DNA of 64,000 nt, from NCBI GenBank assembly GCA_026387255.1, contig JAPLMA010000060.1, forward strand, positions 465-64,464, in the 5' to 3' direction. Shown here one piece after another: positions 59,952 to 64,000 of this stretch; within the stretch, counting starts at the first letter, position 1; each line of letters begins with the position of its first letter. The notes below the pieces were generated by a model. It ran no database searches, was not told where the DNA came from, and saw only the letters and a program-made list of their open reading frames with translations. Source of the DNA: Candidatus Omnitrophota bacterium. GTDB taxonomy: Bacteria; Omnitrophota; Gorgyraeia; Gygaellales; Profunditerraquicolaceae. The translations under genes were made by a program, and so were the position numbers.

Positions 59952-60398
59952 ATGCCTACGGATTTACAGATGATCATACGTTTATTGTTAACTTTAGTTT
60001 TAAGCGGCTTAATTGGCCTGGAAAGGCAGGTACACCGCAGAGATGCCGGCCTACGTACACATATATTAGTCGCTTTGGGTAGTTGCCTTATCATGTTGAC
60101 ATCTTTATATGTTTTTGATATATATAAAGATCAGGTGGCCTTAGATCCCGTGCGTATTGCGGCCGGAGTAGTTACGGGTATTGGTTTTCTTGGCGCCGGT
60201 ACAATCATTCGGGAATCTGATGGAGTGCGGGGCTTAACTACAGCCGCTAGCCTCTGGGTGGTTGCGGGGATTGGTTTAGCGGTGGGAGTGGGTTTCAATA
60301 AAATTGCAATTTATACCACGATTCTGGTTTTAATTGTTTTACATTTTTTACGTTATGTAGAAGCGCCACTTTCAAAGGAGGGTAAACATGGCCTTTAA
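59952..60398 (+). CDS. MgtC/SapB family membrane protein
   Basis: IGLERQ, AGLRTH, DPVRIAAGVVTGIGFLGAG, GLTTAA. Confidence 0.92.
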   Translation: MPTDLQMIIRLLLTLVLSGLIGLERQVHRRDAGLRTHILVALGSCLIMLTSLYVFDIYKDQVALDPVRIAAGVVTGIGFLGAGTIIRESDGVRGLTTAASLWVVAGIGLAVGVGFNKIAIYTTILVLIVLHFLRYVEAPLSKEGKHGL

Positions 60399-60891
60399 AA
60401 AGAATCTGGAGGAAAAAACCTTGGATGTCGATGCTGCAATGCAGGGGAGTTTAACCTTTAAGGATCCGGTTAATTTGCGGATTAATGGAAAATTTGAAGG
60501 CAATCTGGATACCCGGGGTAATTTAACTATCGGCACAACGGCCGTAATCAACGCAGATATTATCGGAGATAATATTATTATTGGCGGCCGGGTCAAGGGC
60601 AAGATTACTGCTAAAGAGAGACTGACGCTTCTTCCGCAAGCGATAGTCCAGGGAAATATTTATCCGGCAAAACTTAATATTGCTGAAGGCGCAGTTTTTG
60701 AAGGACAGTGCACAATGTTACATGACTTTCTTAATTCTGAACAGCTGGCCAAATACCTGGAGGTGGAATTAAGCTCGATCATGGAATGGGCTAATTCGGG
60801 AAAAGTACCGGCAAGCAAAGAAAATGACGCTTGGAAATTTGAACGTAAAGCAATAGATTCCTGGGTAGCTGCAGGTAAAATCGCAAAATAA
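60388..60891 (+). CDS. Bactofilin (polymer-forming beta-helix) fused to a C-terminal excisionase-like HTH
   Basis: LRINGKFEGNL...IIIGGRVKGKITA..L...V.GNI....L.IAEGAVFEGQC, then FLNSEQLAKYLEV....EWANSGKVPA.K....WKFERKAIDSW. Confidence 0.8.
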   Translation: MAFKKNLEEKTLDVDAAMQGSLTFKDPVNLRINGKFEGNLDTRGNLTIGTTAVINADIIGDNIIIGGRVKGKITAKERLTLLPQAIVQGNIYPAKLNIAEGAVFEGQCTMLHDFLNSEQLAKYLEVELSSIMEWANSGKVPASKENDAWKFERKAIDSWVAAGKIAK

Positions 60892-60894
60892 AAA

Positions 60895-61206
60895 ATGACT
60901 GAAGAAAAAATGCTCACGGTTAGAGATGTGTCAATTATATTGGGGGTTTCGGAAAAAGATGTTTTAGATCTAACTGAAAACGGAACGATTCCGGGTTATA
61001 AGGTTGGTGGCGTATATTTAAGATTTAAGAAAGAACAGGTTGAGCAATACAAAAATAAACAAGGGCTCCTGGAGCCTAAAGCACCTAAGAAAGAAGCTGA
61101 GAGTTTAGCAAGCAGGATTGGCGATTTCTTTTATTTCAATGATTTTTATATTTTTGCCCTAATCTTTGTAGTCCTTTTGGGATACCTGGTTTACCGAGGC
61201 CTATAA
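60895..61206 (+). CDS. Excisionase-like HTH protein with C-terminal transmembrane helix
   Basis: MLTVRDVS..LGVS......L...G.IPGYKVGG.YLRF; hydrophobic tail FYIFALIFVVLLGYLVY. Confidence 0.78.
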   Translation: MTEEKMLTVRDVSIILGVSEKDVLDLTENGTIPGYKVGGVYLRFKKEQVEQYKNKQGLLEPKAPKKEAESLASRIGDFFYFNDFYIFALIFVVLLGYLVYRGL

Positions 61207-61210
61207 AGCA

Positions 61211-61888
61211 ATGACTACAGGCAAGGGGTTTTGTGATTTAGGGTTTGCCAAAATTGATACGCAGAGAAAAAAACGTAAAGGATTTGCGGAAGTTATTTAT
61301 TGCCCGGGGAAAAACCGCCTGCACTTAGAGAAAATTGCTAAGAAAATAATTGATTCACACGAAGACCTGCTTTTAACCAAACTTGATAAAACTACATTTT
61401 CTTTTTTAAAAAAAACAATCCCGGTTTTAAAATATAATCCCCTGGCAAAAATCGGTTATTATTTAAGTAAACCTAAAACCTTATCACCGGGTGTAGTTTT
61501 AGTGGTTTCTGCCGGAACAGCGGATATCCCGGTGGCTGAGGAAGCAATACAAACCCTGTTGGTTATGGGTAATCGGGTCGAAAAACTCTATGATGTCGGT
61601 GTAGCCGGAGTGCACCGTTTAATGAGTAATATTAATAAATTAAGGAAGGCTCAGGTAATTGTGGTGGTGGCGGGCATGGAAGGGGCTTTAGCCAGTTTAA
61701 TTAGCGGTTTGGTCAAGGTGCCAATTGTAGCTGTACCGACCAGCTGTGGATATGGATCTAGCTTTTCTGGACTGGCTGCACTACTGACTATGTTAAATGG
61801 TTGTTCGCCGGGAGTAAGCGTAGTGAATATTGATAATGGATTCGGAGCGGGCTATTTTGCCAGTTTAATTAACAACACCCGCCGCTAA
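61211..61888 (+). CDS. larB: Nickel-pincer cofactor biosynthesis protein LarB (PurE-like)
   Basis: EVIYCPGK, AGTADIPVAEEA, DVGVAGVHRL, AGMEGAL, VVNIDNGFGA. Confidence 0.9.
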   Translation: MTTGKGFCDLGFAKIDTQRKKRKGFAEVIYCPGKNRLHLEKIAKKIIDSHEDLLLTKLDKTTFSFLKKTIPVLKYNPLAKIGYYLSKPKTLSPGVVLVVSAGTADIPVAEEAIQTLLVMGNRVEKLYDVGVAGVHRLMSNINKLRKAQVIVVVAGMEGALASLISGLVKVPIVAVPTSCGYGSSFSGLAALLTMLNGCSPGVSVVNIDNGFGAGYFASLINNTRR

Positions 61889-61929
61889 TTTGTATCGCGG
61901 TGTCGTCCAGGTTGGATGAGGAGATAATC

Positions 61930-63261
61930 ATGGCGTTATCAGGTTTGGATATTTATAAGTTATTGCCTAAAACAAATTGTCGCCAATGTGGTTTAGCCAC
62001 TTGTCTGGCTTTTGCCATGCAGCTGGCTAAGAAAGCATTGCCGATTGAAAAATGCCCTTTTGTTTCGCTTGAGGCAAGAAATACCTTAGTAGCGCAGGCT
62101 TTACCACCCATTAAATTAATTACTCTCGGAAATAACGAATCGAAATTTGATATTGGTAATGAAACGGTAATGTTTAGGCATGAAGAAAAATTTCGTAATC
62201 CGGCCGGGATTGGTTTTATTATTGATGATACTTTAACTGATCGCGAAATTAAAGAGCGGCTTAAAAAGATTAACCAATTAAAATTCGAGCGTGTCGGCCA
62301 GGAGCTTGGCGTTAACCTGGTTGCCATAAAGCAAAATAAAGATGGGGCGCGCTATCTAGAGGCAACTAAGTTGCTTCTAGATAATACTATTTTGCCGATG
62401 ATGTTAATCAGTAGTGACTTGGTTGCTTTAAAACAAGCGGCAGTGATCAGCCAGGAGCGTAAACCACTGCTTTATTCTGCGGGAGCGGAAAATTTCGCGC
62501 AAATTGGTGCAATCGCTAAAGAATTACAGTTACCACTAGTGGTAACTGCGCAGGATATTGGCCAACTTAGCCAGTTAACTTGTGAACTTAACGGCTTAGG
62601 AGTAAATGAGCTAATTTTAGATACCGGGATAAAACCGATCGCGGATAAAATCTGGGATTTAACGCAGCTCCGTCGGCAGGCACTTAAAAAATCAAATCGC
62701 GCGTTGGGTTATCCCAGCCTGGCAATTGTCCAGAAAACTGACCCCTATGAAGAAGCAATGGAGGCCTGCGCTTACATTGCTAAATATGCCGGGATTGTCC
62801 TGATTAAAGGTTTAGCGACCTGGGAGGTTCTTTCAATTTTGACCTTGCGACAGAATATTTATACTGATCCGCAAAAACCTTTACAAATCGATCCTAAGCT
62901 TTATCCTATTGGGCAAGTGAACCAGAACTCTCCGGTTTTGATTACGACTAACTTTTCCTTAAGTTATTATACTGTTTTAGGAGAAGTAGAGAGCAGTAAA
63001 ATACCGGCATATATTTTAAGCGTAGATACTCAAGGCATGTCTGTATTGACTGCCTGGGCGGCTGAAAAATTTAATGCTTCGGCAATTACAAAATCATTAG
63101 AGAGCTCTGGGGTAAAAGAGGTAATTGAGCACAAAAATTTGATTATTCCCGGTTATGTTGCCATGATCAGCGGCGACCTGGAAGATCAATCAGGTTTTAA
63201 AATAATTGTGGGCCCTAAAGAAGCAGCCGGGATTCCCAGTTTTTTGAAAAATTTACAGTAA
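61930..63261 (+). CDS. acsC: Corrinoid iron-sulfur protein large (gamma) subunit
   Basis: LPKTNCRQCG..TCLAFA..CP Fe-S motif, ETVMFRHEEKF, RQNIYTDPQKP, TTNFSLSY, SVLTAWAA. Confidence 0.92.
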   Translation: MALSGLDIYKLLPKTNCRQCGLATCLAFAMQLAKKALPIEKCPFVSLEARNTLVAQALPPIKLITLGNNESKFDIGNETVMFRHEEKFRNPAGIGFIIDDTLTDREIKERLKKINQLKFERVGQELGVNLVAIKQNKDGARYLEATKLLLDNTILPMMLISSDLVALKQAAVISQERKPLLYSAGAENFAQIGAIAKELQLPLVVTAQDIGQLSQLTCELNGLGVNELILDTGIKPIADKIWDLTQLRRQALKKSNRALGYPSLAIVQKTDPYEEAMEACAYIAKYAGIVLIKGLATWEVLSILTLRQNIYTDPQKPLQIDPKLYPIGQVNQNSPVLITTNFSLSYYTVLGEVESSKIPAYILSVDTQGMSVLTAWAAEKFNASAITKSLESSGVKEVIEHKNLIIPGYVAMISGDLEDQSGFKIIVGPKEAAGIPSFLKNLQ

Positions 63262-63266
63262 CTCTA

Positions 63267-63339
63267 ATTTTGCGGGTCCTGTCTTGGGTATTTTCTAGCG
63301 CTGACGCGCTTTAAAAAACACCCAAGCCACCCGCAAAAT
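63267..63339. repeat. Hairpin element with GCGGGTCCTGTC...GCCACCCGC ends
   Basis: ATTTTGCGGGT/ACCCGCAAAAT, CTTGGGT/ACCCAAG, AGCGC/GCGCT; shares its ends with 14832-14995. Confidence 0.7.
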
Positions 63340-63383
63340 CACTTGTTGTCTTTATAAAAAACTGGTAAAAGTTAAGAATAAAA

Positions 63384-64000
63384 ATGCAAAAATTCAAAGT
63401 TAAATTTCTTCCTGATAATTTATCTATTACTGTTGAAAAAGATAAGACCATCCTTGCTGCAGCGATATCGGCGGGTGTCTATATTAATTCTAACTGCGCT
63501 GGAGATGGAATTTGCGGGAGATGTAAGGTAGTTGTTAAGCAGGGACAAGTCAAAAGCCAACCCAACGGACTAATCACCGCGCAAGAGAAAAAAAATAATG
63601 TCTACTTGGCTTGCCTGACAACCATCCACAGTGATTTAGAGGTTTCGATTCCGGATAGTTCGCGGATTAATTTTGATAAGCTTACTCCGGAGGAGCTAGA
63701 TGAGCGGCTCAGCGGCCTATATTCAAAAGCTGAAGATGTACTATCTGTACAGGCCAAATTCCAGGATAAAATATTTAAGCACTCACCATTTGCCACAAAA
63801 TTATATCTAGAGCTTCCCCAGCCTTCGCTTAATGACTGTATCAGCGATTTGGAAAGATTATATCGGGCCTTGCGCAGCTTAGGAGAATTCCCCGCGGTGA
63901 CTACCGGTTTATTCAATATTCGCCAGCTGGGTGAATTATTACGCGATTTTGCCTGGAAAGTTACCGTTACCTTGGGCAGGCGTAATGATACAGTGGAGAT
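63384..64000 (+). CDS. 2Fe-2S / ASKHA reductive activator of corrinoid protein (RACo/AcsV-like), 3'-partial
   Basis: Not in the ORF track; MQKFKVKFLPD...NCAGDGICGRCKV...LACLT; directly after acsC; open to the window end. Confidence 0.75.
   Translation, partial: MQKFKVKFLPDNLSITVEKDKTILAAAISAGVYINSNCAGDGICGRCKVVVKQGQVKSQPNGLITAQEKKNNVYLACLTTIHSDLEVSIPDSSRINFDKLTPEELDERLSGLYSKAEDVLSVQAKFQDKIFKHSPFATKLYLELPQPSLNDCISDLERLYRALRSLGEFPAVTTGLFNIRQLGELLRDFAWKVTVTLGRRNDTVE

Noticed and set aside
60721-61060. Phage excisionase genes
   Set aside because: The HTH domains are fused to bactofilin or a TM helix inside a housekeeping run with no integrase or att site

Overview
Bacterial chromosomal segment, almost entirely + strand and mostly housekeeping genes. 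The organism is diderm (LptD) and probably anaerobic (Wood-Ljungdahl CFeSP subunit AcsC plus a RACo-type activator); the gene content suggests Ca. Omnitrophota/PVC, which is an inference. Contents in order: miaB-SPOR-miaA-hflX; a heat-shock cluster (HspR-like regulator, CIRCE, hrcA-grpE-dnaK-dnaJ with archaeal-like DnaK/DnaJ); accD; a sugar ABC ATPase; two adjacent diguanylate cyclase genes, both broken; ROK-tal-lptD and nucleotide-sugar genes; dnaG-rpoD; a PAS-GGDEF-HD-GYP gene; a carbamoyltransferase/SxtJ/SxtK-like cassette flanked by a duplicated promoter; tRNA-Ile2 and tRNA-Val, each followed by a partial copy of itself; rnpB; ruvCA; aromatic amino acid genes; lepA-lepB; a large putative beta-barrel gene converging on a GH161-like phosphorylase; gatCAB; tsaD; a bactofilin-HTH / membrane-HTH pair; larB; acsC. 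The most striking signal is a set of short GC-rich palindromic elements inside essential genes. A TCCGCC..GGCGGA double-hairpin family occurs in frame in grpE and dnaK (a variant in the GH161-like gene), inside RNase P RNA and inside a tRNA-Val copy. GTAG-type REP palindromes encode about 24 residues of GatA. All protein family calls come from motif recognition by eye; no database search was run.
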